A stretch of DNA of 64,000 nt from Saccharolobus solfataricus P2 (GCF_000007005.1 NC_002754.1); one strand, 5' to 3'; counted from the first letter of the stretch, positions 50,505-61,267 are shown. Program-made: numbers and translations. The notes: a model not told the origin generated them from the letters alone.

Positions 50505-50746
50505 TGATAAAAATTGATTTTATTAAATATACGGTTTTTAGCTTTCTTTTCGCTATATATTATTTAAATTTATTCCATATTTCCTATACCAAATATCTAG
50601 TTATCTTGAAAGATAATTATAGTTATATATAAAATTTAAACTCTTTAGATATCTATGGATAAATCTAATTAGAATTAAATTCTAACTTATACAACTTCAA
50701 CTTTTAAAAAAGTTTATTAGACACTACAAATTAAATATATAATACC

Positions 50747-52180
50747 ATGTCTCGCTCAGATAAATTCTCCAATAAAGAGAAAATGAGACGTGGTTTATCC
50801 ACAACCACAATAATAGGAATAGTAGTGGCAATAGTAATAATCGTAATAGGAGCCGTTGCTGCGGTAACTCTACTTAGTCATAAGCCGTCACAAGTAGTAT
50901 CTACCACTTCTCCGTCTACTTCGCAATCAGCAACGTCAACATCTCCATCACAAGTTATTACCATAACCTATTTTGACGATCTATCGCCATCTGAAGCCAA
51001 CATAACACAGAAAATAATAATTCCACAATTCGAGGCAACACATCCTAATATTAAAATTAATTATGTTGATGAAAGTGCTGACGATATAGTAAAAAGTGTT
51101 GTAGAGTTAGTAAAGAGTGGTAACGTTGGCCCAGTTATCATTGGTGAAGATAATCTTGTTATAGGAGAATTGCTCAATGGTAACTATTTAATGAACCTAA
51201 CTCCATATGTAAATCAAATCTTACAGAATGTTAGTCTAATTCCATCGATGCAATCATTAGTCCAGTATGAACAAAAAGTATATCATGGTACTTACTTCAT
51301 TCCTCTTAGAGCCAACATTCCTCTAGTCTGGTATAACGCAAGTCTCTTTAGGCAATTAGGTTTGGCTTCTCCACCAGAAAACTGGTCACAATTGCTACAG
51401 TACGCAAAGATAATTTATGATAAAACTGGCGTAAAACCCATAATGTTCCAAGGTCATGGTGGAGCAAGTACTTATACTGAGCTTTACCAGTGGATGGTCC
51501 AGGCTGGTGGAAATCCATTCTTATTTAATGATTCTGGCGATGTACTTGCATTTGAATATTTGTACAATCTCTCACAATATTTTAACCTAGAGTATATTCA
51601 TGGATATTGGGGAAGCTATAAAGGATTAATTGATGGTAGTTACTATTTGATCGATTATCAATGGCCCTATATCTATAGTGTTATGGCCAGTGAAGGTGTT
51701 AATATGAGCAATATAGGATTCTACCCTGGCCCTACCGGCCCTGTTAACGGTGATCACTTAGTAGGTGGTGATGTATTAGCAATACCTAAGGGAGCAACAC
51801 ACATTGATGCGCTAATAGAATTCGCTAAGTTCTTACTATCTCCGCAAGTTCAAAGAGAATTTATCATTTACCTCTCATGGCCAGCAGTAAATCAACAAGC
51901 TTATCAGAATCTCCCAAGTAATATAAGTTCACTATACAAAGCTGAAGAAGAAGCTTTACAGAACGCATTCTTCAGAGAACCAGTACCTTGGATAACTGTT
52001 TGGGGACAGATAGCAGATAACGTGTTTAATCAAATAATCGTAAATCATGCACCATATTCACAAATACCTCAAATATTAAGTCAAGCAAATAAGGAAATGT
52101 ACCAGTATCTCTTACAAAACTATAATGTAACGGTAGCACAAGAGTATGAGGAAGGAGTGTTTGGACCACTATACGGGTGA
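50747..52180 (+). CDS. Sugar (trehalose-type) ABC transporter substrate-binding protein with class III signal peptide
   Basis: RRG|LS prepilin-like cleavage site, hydrophobic stretch, S/T-rich linker, SBP domain. Possible alternative start ATG 50783. Confidence 0.88.
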   Translation: MSRSDKFSNKEKMRRGLSTTTIIGIVVAIVIIVIGAVAAVTLLSHKPSQVVSTTSPSTSQSATSTSPSQVITITYFDDLSPSEANITQKIIIPQFEATHPNIKINYVDESADDIVKSVVELVKSGNVGPVIIGEDNLVIGELLNGNYLMNLTPYVNQILQNVSLIPSMQSLVQYEQKVYHGTYFIPLRANIPLVWYNASLFRQLGLASPPENWSQLLQYAKIIYDKTGVKPIMFQGHGGASTYTELYQWMVQAGGNPFLFNDSGDVLAFEYLYNLSQYFNLEYIHGYWGSYKGLIDGSYYLIDYQWPYIYSVMASEGVNMSNIGFYPGPTGPVNGDHLVGGDVLAIPKGATHIDALIEFAKFLLSPQVQREFIIYLSWPAVNQQAYQNLPSNISSLYKAEEEALQNAFFREPVPWITVWGQIADNVFNQIIVNHAPYSQIPQILSQANKEMYQYLLQNYNVTVAQEYEEGVFGPLYG

Positions 52181-53004
52181 ATAAAGTGAAGTTAACCTTT
52201 TTTTTATTGGTACTTCCTGCATTGGCATACGTAATTAGTTTTGCCTTTTTTCCCACTATTGAGGCCGTTTATTTGAGTTTTCAAGATCCCCATGGGGGTT
52301 TCTCTTTATATAATTATAAAGAACTGTCCTATTTTAATTTGTCTAGTGCAATAATTAATACAATTGTAGTTACAATTGGCGCATTAGCAATACAGCTAGC
52401 TCTAGGTTTTCTAGTTGCATCAGTTCTAAGTAGAGAATTCTTTGGGAAAAGAGCTTTATCTACTATAACAATAATACCAATGGGTATTGCAACAGTTGTC
52501 GCAGCAGTAACGTTCAGCTTCGTCTTTCAAACCTCTGGAGGATACGCAAATACAATTCTTCATTCCCTCTTTGGACTTAACGTAAATTGGTATCAATCTT
52601 CCATCTCGTCATTATTGGTAGTAATGATTGCGGACAGCTGGAAAAACACACCCATTGTAGCCTTAATATTGTTGGCTGGAATGTCCTCAATACCAAAGGA
52701 GTTATATTATGCGTCTGCAATAGATGGAGCTGGGCCGATTAGGAGATTTTTCTACATAACATTACCAAACCTTAGGAGCTTCATTGGGATATCACTTATT
52801 CTAAGAGGAGTGCAGGAATTCAACATATTCGCTTTACCTTTAATACTAATCGGTGAGCATCCCCCTCTCCTCACCACTTTAATATATGATTTATATACTA
52901 CAACTTTTCCAGAAGTTGGATTAGCATTAGCTTCTGCAACGATACTTCTTGGATTTATCCTCGTATTTTCTGGCATAGTAATCAAACTCTCTGGAGGGAG
53001 ATAA
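52177..53004 (+). CDS. Sugar ABC transporter permease
   Basis: WKNTP, ELYYASAIDGA (EAA loop), ITLP. Confidence 0.92.
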   Translation: MNKVKLTFFLLVLPALAYVISFAFFPTIEAVYLSFQDPHGGFSLYNYKELSYFNLSSAIINTIVVTIGALAIQLALGFLVASVLSREFFGKRALSTITIIPMGIATVVAAVTFSFVFQTSGGYANTILHSLFGLNVNWYQSSISSLLVVMIADSWKNTPIVALILLAGMSSIPKELYYASAIDGAGPIRRFFYITLPNLRSFIGISLILRGVQEFNIFALPLILIGEHPPLLTTLIYDLYTTTFPEVGLALASATILLGFILVFSGIVIKLSGGR

Positions 53005-53005
53005 C

Positions 53006-53809
53006 ATGAGGTTGTGGGTATATTTAGGTGCAATAGTAGTAGGAATTTACTTTCTATTTCCACTTTACATTTTAGTATTACTAGCATTTAATTCCCCAAA
53101 ATATACCGTCTTAGCGAAATTCCCCTCACTATTACCGGTGTCACTAACACTAAATAATCTACTAACAGCATTACAAGGCACGGCATTTATTGATCCATTC
53201 ATAAAAAGTCTGGAGACAGCAACATTAGTGGGGATCATTACCATAGCATTGGCTATTCCAGCGGGATATGGTTTAAGTAGATTACCAAGAGCCATAGCAT
53301 ATTCCATAATTATCCTTCTATTAGTTACTAATATGATGCCAGCAATAGTAATAGGTATTCCAATAGCAGTAGATTTTCTTAAACTTCATCTTTTTGAATC
53401 CGTAGTAGGTCTAGCCTTAGCCCAAACACTAATAACACTACCATTAGCTACGTTCATCTTACAAGGCACGTTCTCGTCAATACCCATTGACCTCGAACAT
53501 CAAGCTAGAGTTGATGGTGCAAATTTATTTAATAGGTTATTTTCAGTACTCTTACCACTAGCAGCACCTGGTATAGCAGCAGCATTCCTAATATCATGGA
53601 TGTTCTCATGGGATGAGTTTACTTATGCAATCCTATTAATTCCCTATCACTCCACACTTCCAGTAACAATATACCAAGACGTTACCAGAGGAAACTTATT
53701 GGCAGGAATAGCATTTTCACTAATATTCACACTTCCCGTAATAATTTTAACTTTTGCATTACAAAAATATCTAAGAGGAGAATATCTAGCAGGGGGGATA
53801 AAAGGATGA
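53006..53809 (+). CDS. Sugar ABC transporter permease
   Basis: DLEHQARVDGA, LPLAAPGIAA, WDEF. Confidence 0.92.
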   Translation: MRLWVYLGAIVVGIYFLFPLYILVLLAFNSPKYTVLAKFPSLLPVSLTLNNLLTALQGTAFIDPFIKSLETATLVGIITIALAIPAGYGLSRLPRAIAYSIIILLLVTNMMPAIVIGIPIAVDFLKLHLFESVVGLALAQTLITLPLATFILQGTFSSIPIDLEHQARVDGANLFNRLFSVLLPLAAPGIAAAFLISWMFSWDEFTYAILLIPYHSTLPVTIYQDVTRGNLLAGIAFSLIFTLPVIILTFALQKYLRGEYLAGGIKG

Positions 53810-54780
53810 CGGTAGAACTAATAGATATTGTAAAGAAATATGGCAAAAACATTGTAATTAATGGCATAACAGAGAAGATAGAGACTGGAGAGTTCTTTGT
53901 AATACTAGGACCGAGTGGAGAAGGGAAATCAACATTATTGAAAATCTTGGCAGGAATTGAAAAATTAGATAAGGGAAAAATTATAGCGGATGGAGCAGAC
54001 ATTACAGACAAACCCCCAGAGAAGAGAAATGTTGCTATGGTATTTCAAAACTACGCACTTTACCCAAACATGTCAGTGAGAGATAATATAGCATTTCCAC
54101 TCAAGATGAGGGGAATGAAAAAAGAGGAAATAATAGAAAGAGTGGAAAAAGCTGCAAAGCTTTTAGGTATATCAGAAATATTAGATAAAAAAGTAACACA
54201 AATCAGTGGAGGGCAACAACAAAGGGTCGCACTGGCTAGGGCAATTGTAAGAAATCCAAGCTATTTCTTGTTGGATGAACCATTAAGTAATCTAGATGCT
54301 AGAGTAAGGACAACAGCTAGAGGAGAATTGAAGAGAATACAAAAGGAATTGAAAGGTACGTTCATTTATGTAACCCACGATCAAAAGGAAGCCTTAAGTC
54401 TAGCAGATAGGATTGCTATACTTCATAAAGGCAAATTCGAACAAGTCAGTGATCCAAAAACACTGTATGAATATCCAAAAACAAAATGGGTGGCGCAATT
54501 CGTAGGTGAATTCCCAATGAATTTTCTACCTGGTGAACTAATGAAAGAAAAGGCGCAGGAAATAGGGTTTAGGCCAGAATGGGTAGAAGTAGGAAAAGGC
54601 AATTTATCTTGTATGGTAGAATCAGTAGAAGCTTCAGGGGAGTCAAGATACTTAATATGTAATTTTAAAAATAATAATATAACTATCCTTTCTCAGGAAT
54701 TTTATGATGTAGGTCAAGAAGTTAGGTTTGAAATAATTAAATATAGAAAATATAATGATGGACGACTGGTACAAGAATAG
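53806..54780 (+). CDS. Sugar ABC transporter ATPase (MalK family)
   Basis: GPSGEGKST, FQNYALYP, ISGGQQQR, LLDEPLSNLD, YVTHDQ. Confidence 0.95.
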   Translation: MTVELIDIVKKYGKNIVINGITEKIETGEFFVILGPSGEGKSTLLKILAGIEKLDKGKIIADGADITDKPPEKRNVAMVFQNYALYPNMSVRDNIAFPLKMRGMKKEEIIERVEKAAKLLGISEILDKKVTQISGGQQQRVALARAIVRNPSYFLLDEPLSNLDARVRTTARGELKRIQKELKGTFIYVTHDQKEALSLADRIAILHKGKFEQVSDPKTLYEYPKTKWVAQFVGEFPMNFLPGELMKEKAQEIGFRPEWVEVGKGNLSCMVESVEASGESRYLICNFKNNNITILSQEFYDVGQEVRFEIIKYRKYNDGRLVQE

Positions 54781-54939
54781 GAAAAATTATTTTTAATGTT
54801 CCCAAAATATTTTTCTTATATGTCTATTTTCTTATTAAAACCGATATAAGCGTATACCCTTAACAATCTACCCTAAGATATAATTCATTAGCTCTCCTTA
54901 TTGCCTATTCCTTGTCAAAAACATAATCATTTTACATTG

Positions 54940-54957
54940 TTAAAGGTAGTCCTTTAA
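54940..54957. promoter_or_regulatory. Perfect inverted repeat TTAAAGG-N4-CCTTTAA overlapping the promoter of the oxidase operon
   Basis: Seen directly; a related copy lies at 60518-60541 upstream of the permease. Confidence 0.55.
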
Positions 54958-54973
54958 TATTAATTTATAAATA

Positions 54974-56209
54974 ATGTTTATGATGAAATTAGACGAACTT
55001 GAGAAAGAACTTGGTTCAAAGCTTATTATGGACAATAACGTCATAGATCACTACTCCAAATCTCCCTATTTAGTCTCTCCAGTCCTATCGAAGATGGGTA
55101 AGAGAGTGCTAGGAGTAGTAATTGCTGAAGATAGGTATGACATTGAATTCGTTGTTAAATTTTGCGATATTCATAGAATCCCCTTATTAGCTAGGGGTGC
55201 AGGAACATCTACAATAGGGCAAGTACTACCAATACATCCCTCTATTGTATTGGATATTCAGAAATTAAATAAAACTATGGAATATGACGAGAAGTATTTG
55301 AAAATTTCCCCCGGAGTAAAGGTTCTAGATGCCCTGAATTACCTTAGGAAGAGGGGAAAAGAATTACAAGTATATCCTAGTAGCTTTTACATTTCCACTT
55401 TAGGAGGATATATTGCAGGAGGAGATGTAGGGATTGGATCATACCAATATGGCTATCATTTTCATAACGGTGGAATTAGACGTGTAAAAGTAGTGGGATC
55501 TACTGGAACTTTTGAATTAACCGGAGAAAATACCTTAGCAGTAGCCCAAGCTGCTGGAACAACTGGCATTATAGTTGAGGCTGATATAGCTACTGTAGAC
55601 TATGAAGACTGGAAAGACCAACTAGTAAGATTTGATGAACTAGGTAAGTTGGTAAAATTCCTAAAAGACGTAGAGAACGAAAGAGATAAGATAAGGAGAA
55701 TCACTATAGAGGATCAAGAAGCCTTATCATTAGTTGCCAAAAATAGAGCAATTCCGGGAAAATGGAATGTAATACTTGCAAGTACAAAAAGCTTTGGAGA
55801 AGAAGTGGAGATGAAATTCTTAGACGAATTGGCTTTTGCGGCTATTTACGTTACCATGAGCAGACTAACCAATTTCTCCGAATATTTTTACGAGGTTAGA
55901 CTACTCTCTCTCGATAGTTTTCTCAAAGTAGTAAGCCAAGTTAAAAATGCTCTAGGTTCTAATGTACTAATACATGGCGATGTCATGACATTAAGAGGAG
56001 AAACCGTAATTTACACAGTGTTCATCTCTGATAGACAAAACTTCAACATAATAGATTCAATAATGACAAAGGAGGGAATACCATTTGAAATACATTCCTT
56101 AGTTGTAAATGACAGGGTAGATGAGGAATACAGATTAGAACTAATGAAAAAATACAAGCGAATAGTAGATCCTCACAATATCCTTAATCCGGGGAAGTTG
56201 AGAATATGA
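54974..56209 (+). CDS. FAD-linked oxidase (GlcD/VAO-type)
   Basis: RGAGTSTIGQ, STLGGYIAGG, DPHNILNPGK. Confidence 0.85.
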   Translation: MFMMKLDELEKELGSKLIMDNNVIDHYSKSPYLVSPVLSKMGKRVLGVVIAEDRYDIEFVVKFCDIHRIPLLARGAGTSTIGQVLPIHPSIVLDIQKLNKTMEYDEKYLKISPGVKVLDALNYLRKRGKELQVYPSSFYISTLGGYIAGGDVGIGSYQYGYHFHNGGIRRVKVVGSTGTFELTGENTLAVAQAAGTTGIIVEADIATVDYEDWKDQLVRFDELGKLVKFLKDVENERDKIRRITIEDQEALSLVAKNRAIPGKWNVILASTKSFGEEVEMKFLDELAFAAIYVTMSRLTNFSEYFYEVRLLSLDSFLKVVSQVKNALGSNVLIHGDVMTLRGETVIYTVFISDRQNFNIIDSIMTKEGIPFEIHSLVVNDRVDEEYRLELMKKYKRIVDPHNILNPGKLRI

Positions 56210-57093
56210 TATTAAAAACACTATTAGAAGTTATAGACATCCTAGAATCTAAAGATCCATTACAAAAGATAAGGGAAAGGCTAGAAAGTAAAGTCAAATA
56301 TGAAGAAATAAAAGCTGGAGAAGTAACCTTTATAAAAGCACTTTATGAAGGTGTAGGAAATAACAAAGTAGAGATCCTTGGAAGATTAGGAGCAATACAG
56401 ATGGTCGGAGTAAATAAAGGTTTAGTCTCTGACGCTGACGGGGCGATTATAAGTCTAGCGGTTCTCCTAGAGCTTCTTAATCTAAGAGATAAAGGGATAG
56501 AGCTCAATCTCGATGTATTATTCGTAACTAATCTATCCATTAAGGCTAAACTAATTCCCCATAAACCATTCGACTTTATGGTTCCACTGGTAGGATTAGA
56601 CGAAGCACTTAAAGTTGAAGTTGAACCCTCAGCATCACTCGTCATATCAATCGATTCAACTAAAGGAAATAGAATAGTTAAATTCGACGACTTCGCAATA
56701 ACTCATGTAGTTAAAGACGGCTATATTTTAAAACTCCATGATAACGTAATCGACATTTATAATAAAATAACTGGGCACGAAATTTACATGGTTCCCTTGA
56801 CAACTGGCGATCTAACTCCTCTAGATTATAATGTATCTCACATCAGTACTCTTATCTCACCGTGGTTATATACAGATTCTCCAGTGATTGGAATAGCTAC
56901 AGTCTCCAAACAAGTTATACCAGGATATGAAACTGGTGTATTAAACATTGAAATGTTAGAACATGCATCAAGATTTTGCATTGAACTCCTTAAATATATA
57001 GAAAATGGAGGGAAAGTGTATGAAGAGAAAGAATTAGAAGAATTAGAGAATAGATTAGGAAAATCAAGCTTGTTAAAAGCTAAAAGAAGGTAA
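56206..57093 (+). CDS. DUF1177 family protein
   Basis: GRLGAI, VSDADGA, PHKPFDFM, SIDSTKGNR, SHISTL. Confidence 0.75.
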   Translation: MILKTLLEVIDILESKDPLQKIRERLESKVKYEEIKAGEVTFIKALYEGVGNNKVEILGRLGAIQMVGVNKGLVSDADGAIISLAVLLELLNLRDKGIELNLDVLFVTNLSIKAKLIPHKPFDFMVPLVGLDEALKVEVEPSASLVISIDSTKGNRIVKFDDFAITHVVKDGYILKLHDNVIDIYNKITGHEIYMVPLTTGDLTPLDYNVSHISTLISPWLYTDSPVIGIATVSKQVIPGYETGVLNIEMLEHASRFCIELLKYIENGGKVYEEKELEELENRLGKSSLLKAKRR

Positions 57094-57101
57094 TCATTGA
57101 A

Positions 57102-58232
57102 ATGTTATATCCAGTAAAACTACTGAAAGACCTAGTACAAATCAAAACAGCAAATCCACCTGGGTCAGAATACGAGAGCATTTCGTTTTATCTGAAAGAC
57201 CTATTTAACGATTTAGGTTTTCAAATACAACTAATCGAAATACCAGAGGAATATATGGATAAATACTACATTTACTCTCCATCACACAAAGGAAACAAAA
57301 GAATAATAGTAATTGCCAAGAATAGTCCCAACCCTATACTCCACTTCAACTTCCATTATGACGTCGTTCCACCAGGAGATGGTTGGTTAACAAACCCTTT
57401 CGAACTCAAGGTAGTCGATAATAAGGCGTACGGAAGAGGAACTTCAGATATGAAAGGTTCAATTGTGAGTTTATATTTAGCCCTATCTAGATTTAATGAT
57501 TTACCAATCGAGATAGTGTTTGTCCCAGACGAGGAAAGTGGAGGTATAGGGACTAAATACTTGACAGAGGAAATTCGTATCGCTCCTAGTACTGCTATAT
57601 TTGGTGAACCTAGTTTTCCTAACGTGTATATAGGGCATTTGGGTATAGTGAGGGGTATAATAAAAATATTTGGTAAACAAGCTCACGCAAGCAACCCAAA
57701 AGATGGCATTAATGCCTTTCTGCTAGCTTCTAAACTAGCACTAAAACTACAAGAAAAATTAGGAAATGAAATAGTTAACCTTGGGGGATATACGCTTAAT
57801 CCCACTAATAATGATGGAATAGTACCGGGTTTCTTTGCCTTTAGCTATTATAGAGCTATTCCTCCCCATGATAATAGAACCCCAGAATTTGACAAGAATG
57901 TAATTGACACTACAGCTAGAGAAGTAGGAATAGAGTATAATTTTGAGATTAAATCTTTCATTTCAGGCTCAGTTTCTAATCCAGATTCCAGTGTAGCTAA
58001 AGCGTTTAAGTTTTGTATCACTTCAACTCTTAACGTAGTACCTAAAGAACTAATAAGTAATATAAGATATGACGCAGTCTTCTATAAAAATCTCGATTCG
58101 ATAAACTTTGGCCCAGGAAGTTTAGATCAAGCTCATGTACCTAATGAGTATGTTGAATTAGATAACATAGAGAAAACTATTGTGATTTATGAATGCGTGA
58201 TGAAAAGGATTTATTTTAATAATTATCGATAA
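57102..58232 (+). CDS. M20/DapE-ArgE family metallo-amidohydrolase
   Basis: HYDVVP, GRGTSDMKG, DEESGG, GEP, HAS, FGPG...AH..NE. Confidence 0.9.
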   Translation: MLYPVKLLKDLVQIKTANPPGSEYESISFYLKDLFNDLGFQIQLIEIPEEYMDKYYIYSPSHKGNKRIIVIAKNSPNPILHFNFHYDVVPPGDGWLTNPFELKVVDNKAYGRGTSDMKGSIVSLYLALSRFNDLPIEIVFVPDEESGGIGTKYLTEEIRIAPSTAIFGEPSFPNVYIGHLGIVRGIIKIFGKQAHASNPKDGINAFLLASKLALKLQEKLGNEIVNLGGYTLNPTNNDGIVPGFFAFSYYRAIPPHDNRTPEFDKNVIDTTAREVGIEYNFEIKSFISGSVSNPDSSVAKAFKFCITSTLNVVPKELISNIRYDAVFYKNLDSINFGPGSLDQAHVPNEYVELDNIEKTIVIYECVMKRIYFNNYR

Positions 58233-58329
58233 AAACCCTTAACTTTCTTAAAAATCTTCCAATTATTTCAGTAGTGTCTATCTTTTAATATGAAAAATTT
58301 TTGATGTTTTAGTTTGAAAAATTTATTAA

Positions 58330-58959
58330 GTGAGAAAACAACTCTCTATTGGAATGAAGAATCTTTATAAAATTAACTTTTCAATATCACACCAAGGTTG
58401 CTGGACCAGCAAAATAAAAGATAGTGTTGTTACCTTAAATGTATCAAAATATAATAATAAGAAAGTCAGAGTCACAATAGCTTCTCCAAAATTAATAGTA
58501 ACTGACCTAAAAAGGTCAGAAAACGTTTACGAAATTCTAAAGTATAGAAAGGTAAAAGGGGGTTATATAATTGACTTCCTTGAAGATCTGAGTACTACAA
58601 TTTCAGGATATATACTCTCGAGCAGTAATATATTAGAATATAGAAATGTCGTAAGGGAAGGAATAGAAAAGTGGGAAGTAACAACTTTAGCCAAATCTTT
58701 AGTAGGCAAATTATCAGAAAGATTTCCCATAGATAGCATTGTAGTTAAAGAAATAAAGTTTTCAGATATGTTCTATAATGGTTTGACAGAAAAGGAGATA
58801 CTAGTCCTAAAAACCGCAATAACTATGGGATATTTCAATTATCCAAGGCAAATAAAAGCTAAGGAAATTGCTGAAAAATTAGGTATCTCCAAGCAAGATT
58901 TCCTTTATCATCTGCGAAAATCAATAGAGAAAATAATTTTCTCATCAGTTATAGAATAG
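58330..58959 (+). CDS. HTH_10 (bacterio-opsin activator-type) transcriptional regulator
   Basis: C-terminal LTEKE...L..A...GYFNYPR......IAEKLGISK....HLRK. Confidence 0.85.
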   Translation: MRKQLSIGMKNLYKINFSISHQGCWTSKIKDSVVTLNVSKYNNKKVRVTIASPKLIVTDLKRSENVYEILKYRKVKGGYIIDFLEDLSTTISGYILSSSNILEYRNVVREGIEKWEVTTLAKSLVGKLSERFPIDSIVVKEIKFSDMFYNGLTEKEILVLKTAITMGYFNYPRQIKAKEIAEKLGISKQDFLYHLRKSIEKIIFSSVIE

Positions 58960-59034
58960 TAATTCATGCATATTAAATTACTAAAAATTTAAGTGATTAA
59001 AAAGGTTTAAAAATAATATAAGACTCCTTTATAT

Positions 59035-60441
59035 TCAAAGACTATAATCACCGAACTTCTTAATTCTGTCTGGAAATCTGCTCTTTATCACATAATATGT
59101 AATTATGTGAATCAAAAGAATAGCCCAAGCTGCATAAACTGCTATATTTAATGGGAAAGCTGGCGCAGGGTAAGTACCAAAATATATTACAGCAATATAT
59201 AATAGTATTGAAATTATCGGTATCACTACGTGTTTCGCTATGTTAGCCGTACGCATTTTAACCTTACGTACAATTAACCCTAAGGCAGCAAATAAATGAC
59301 CTAAGGCGACGTAGAATGAGCCAAATGTTATTAAAAATATACTAGCCTCTAACGGACCTAGAATGTAACCACTTATAAGGCTAAGAGCACCTGTAACAAT
59401 ACCAGTAAGTATTATTGCATTACCCGGCACACCGTATTTATTAACTTTTGAAAAGACTTTAGGATATAATACACCATCCCTAGCCATACCGAATATCATT
59501 CTACTCCCACTAGTAGCAAACGCTAATGCAGAAGAGTTAAACATAAACGCTACAAGTATTATTAACATATATACAATAGCGGGATTGAAATACTTACTAT
59601 AAATCACTATCATTGGGTCTGGAAGATTAGCATAATTAAACATATTATTTATTCCATAAACTATCGTCTGCGCATAAGAATTCAATATCAATCCAACTCC
59701 AAGTATTCCAAACGTTAAGAGAAGTGCCTTTGGCAAAGTACTTTTTGGAACCTTAGCTTCTTCCGCTACTCCTATTGGAGTTGTGGCACCACCAAAAGTA
59801 GTAACACCAAAAATCATTGCCGTAAGTACCAGCGCCCAATTGTTGTTAACCGGAACAGCCGTAAACGGTAAAATACTATTCTTTGCTCCAGCAATTAAAA
59901 CGATCGAAGTTATAATTAGAAAACCTATTGAAATCAATCCTATTACGAGATTTAACAGACCTCCAGGCTTCACTCCAAGCCACATTATTGTTGTAATCTC
60001 AATTGTAACTATAATCACTATTGCTGCCCATAACCAAGGCATTGAAGAAGCAATACTGGGAGAGATCAAGTAGATGAAAGACGCAATTCCTAATATTCCA
60101 AATCCAGCTGTTCCAGCAACAAGATATTGATAAATATAACCATATCCTACAGTAAAGGAAGCCAAACTACTGCCTAATCCCTTCTTTATCATAGCAACAT
60201 AGCCATATGAAGCTGCAATCTCCTTGCTCCACTCATAAATAACAATAAGTGTAGTAGCATAGATCAAGTACGAAAGTATCACAGTGAGTGGCATAGCTCC
60301 TCCTACCAATCCAGCAAGGCCCACAAAATAGAGTGTGGCAACAGCTATTGGGGCATTAGCTGCAATTCCATAACTTGCAACAAGCCAAGTACCAAGGACA
60401 CCTTTTCTCAATTCACTTACATTCTTTTTTTCTTCATCCAT
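59035..60441 (-). CDS. APC-family amino acid/amine permease
   Basis: About 12 TM segments, AEEAK.PK..LP, SR..FGMARDG..PK.F..VNKYGVP. Confidence 0.9.
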   Translation of the reverse strand: MDEEKKNVSELRKGVLGTWLVASYGIAANAPIAVATLYFVGLAGLVGGAMPLTVILSYLIYATTLIVIYEWSKEIAASYGYVAMIKKGLGSSLASFTVGYGYIYQYLVAGTAGFGILGIASFIYLISPSIASSMPWLWAAIVIIVTIEITTIMWLGVKPGGLLNLVIGLISIGFLIITSIVLIAGAKNSILPFTAVPVNNNWALVLTAMIFGVTTFGGATTPIGVAEEAKVPKSTLPKALLLTFGILGVGLILNSYAQTIVYGINNMFNYANLPDPMIVIYSKYFNPAIVYMLIILVAFMFNSSALAFATSGSRMIFGMARDGVLYPKVFSKVNKYGVPGNAIILTGIVTGALSLISGYILGPLEASIFLITFGSFYVALGHLFAALGLIVRKVKMRTANIAKHVVIPIISILLYIAVIYFGTYPAPAFPLNIAVYAAWAILLIHIITYYVIKSRFPDRIKKFGDYSL

Positions 60442-61129
60442 ATCCCAAATACAATTTTTTAAATATTTCTACTTTTCTATCAACAGTTGTTCATTAGATT
60501 TTAACTTTATGAGTTAAACAATGTTAAAGGAGGACTTTTTAAATCCAATACCCTATTTAGTACGTTTAATAATAAGTAAGTTTTATCCTATCTCGGACCC
60601 GGAAAAATAGAGCTCAGAAATCGATGATGAAAAAACTTAAGATGTCACGTGAGATTTTCGTTAAAAATGGAAGTCAGTTTTTTATCAGATCCTAAGATTA
60701 GTATTATTAAGAGTTTTAGTGATTATCATAGAATCAAGTAGGAAGCTTCAGCCTTTTTAAGAATAGTGATAGTCAGATTTCTTGAGATAATTGCCAAATA
60801 GTAAAGAGAAAAGCTAAAGCTATCACTTAAGCAACTAACTCCTCAATAGTTAAAGAAGGAGATTATAGCTACTGTAGCAACTAAGATGATTCTTTTATAT
60901 AAGATATCATAAAGTATTTTAATGAAAATAATAAAATATCTCAGGAATTCTTTAATGATCTACTCAAGAGACTGTCCCTAATGTAAATAATTGAATATAA
61001 ATAACAAGAGAGAAATATAGTATTATGGATTATAAGGAATGAAATGCAATTATATCTTTCAGTATAACGAGAGATTAAGCTTATATTGTAGGAGAAAATA
61101 ACCAAATATAGAGAAAAACAGAATTTTCA

Positions 61130-61267
61130 ACATAGTTCACACTACCTCGATCAACTCACGCGGTACAAGTTAGTGGGCGAGTTGGCTCTCGACTGATAAA
61201 AAGAATTTATCAAGGAGGTGGAGGGATCAAAAATTTTTTAAACGGAAGGGAAACCCGTAAACTGCTA
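61130..61267 (+). mobile_element. Decayed 3' remnant of an ISC1217-related element
   Basis: gactgataaaaagaatttatcaaggaggtggagggatcaaaaa...ccgtaaactgcta aligns with the transposase C-terminus and terminal IR (12 of 13) of the element at 32162. Confidence 0.75.

Noticed and set aside
50900-50960. Ser/Thr-rich low-complexity stretch in the sugar-binding protein
   Set aside because: This is the usual glycosylated linker of Sulfolobus binding proteins, not a DNA repeat element.
60624-60690. C-box-like ATGATGA in the intergenic region
   Set aside because: No CTGA D box or internal D'/C' pair at the expected spacing.
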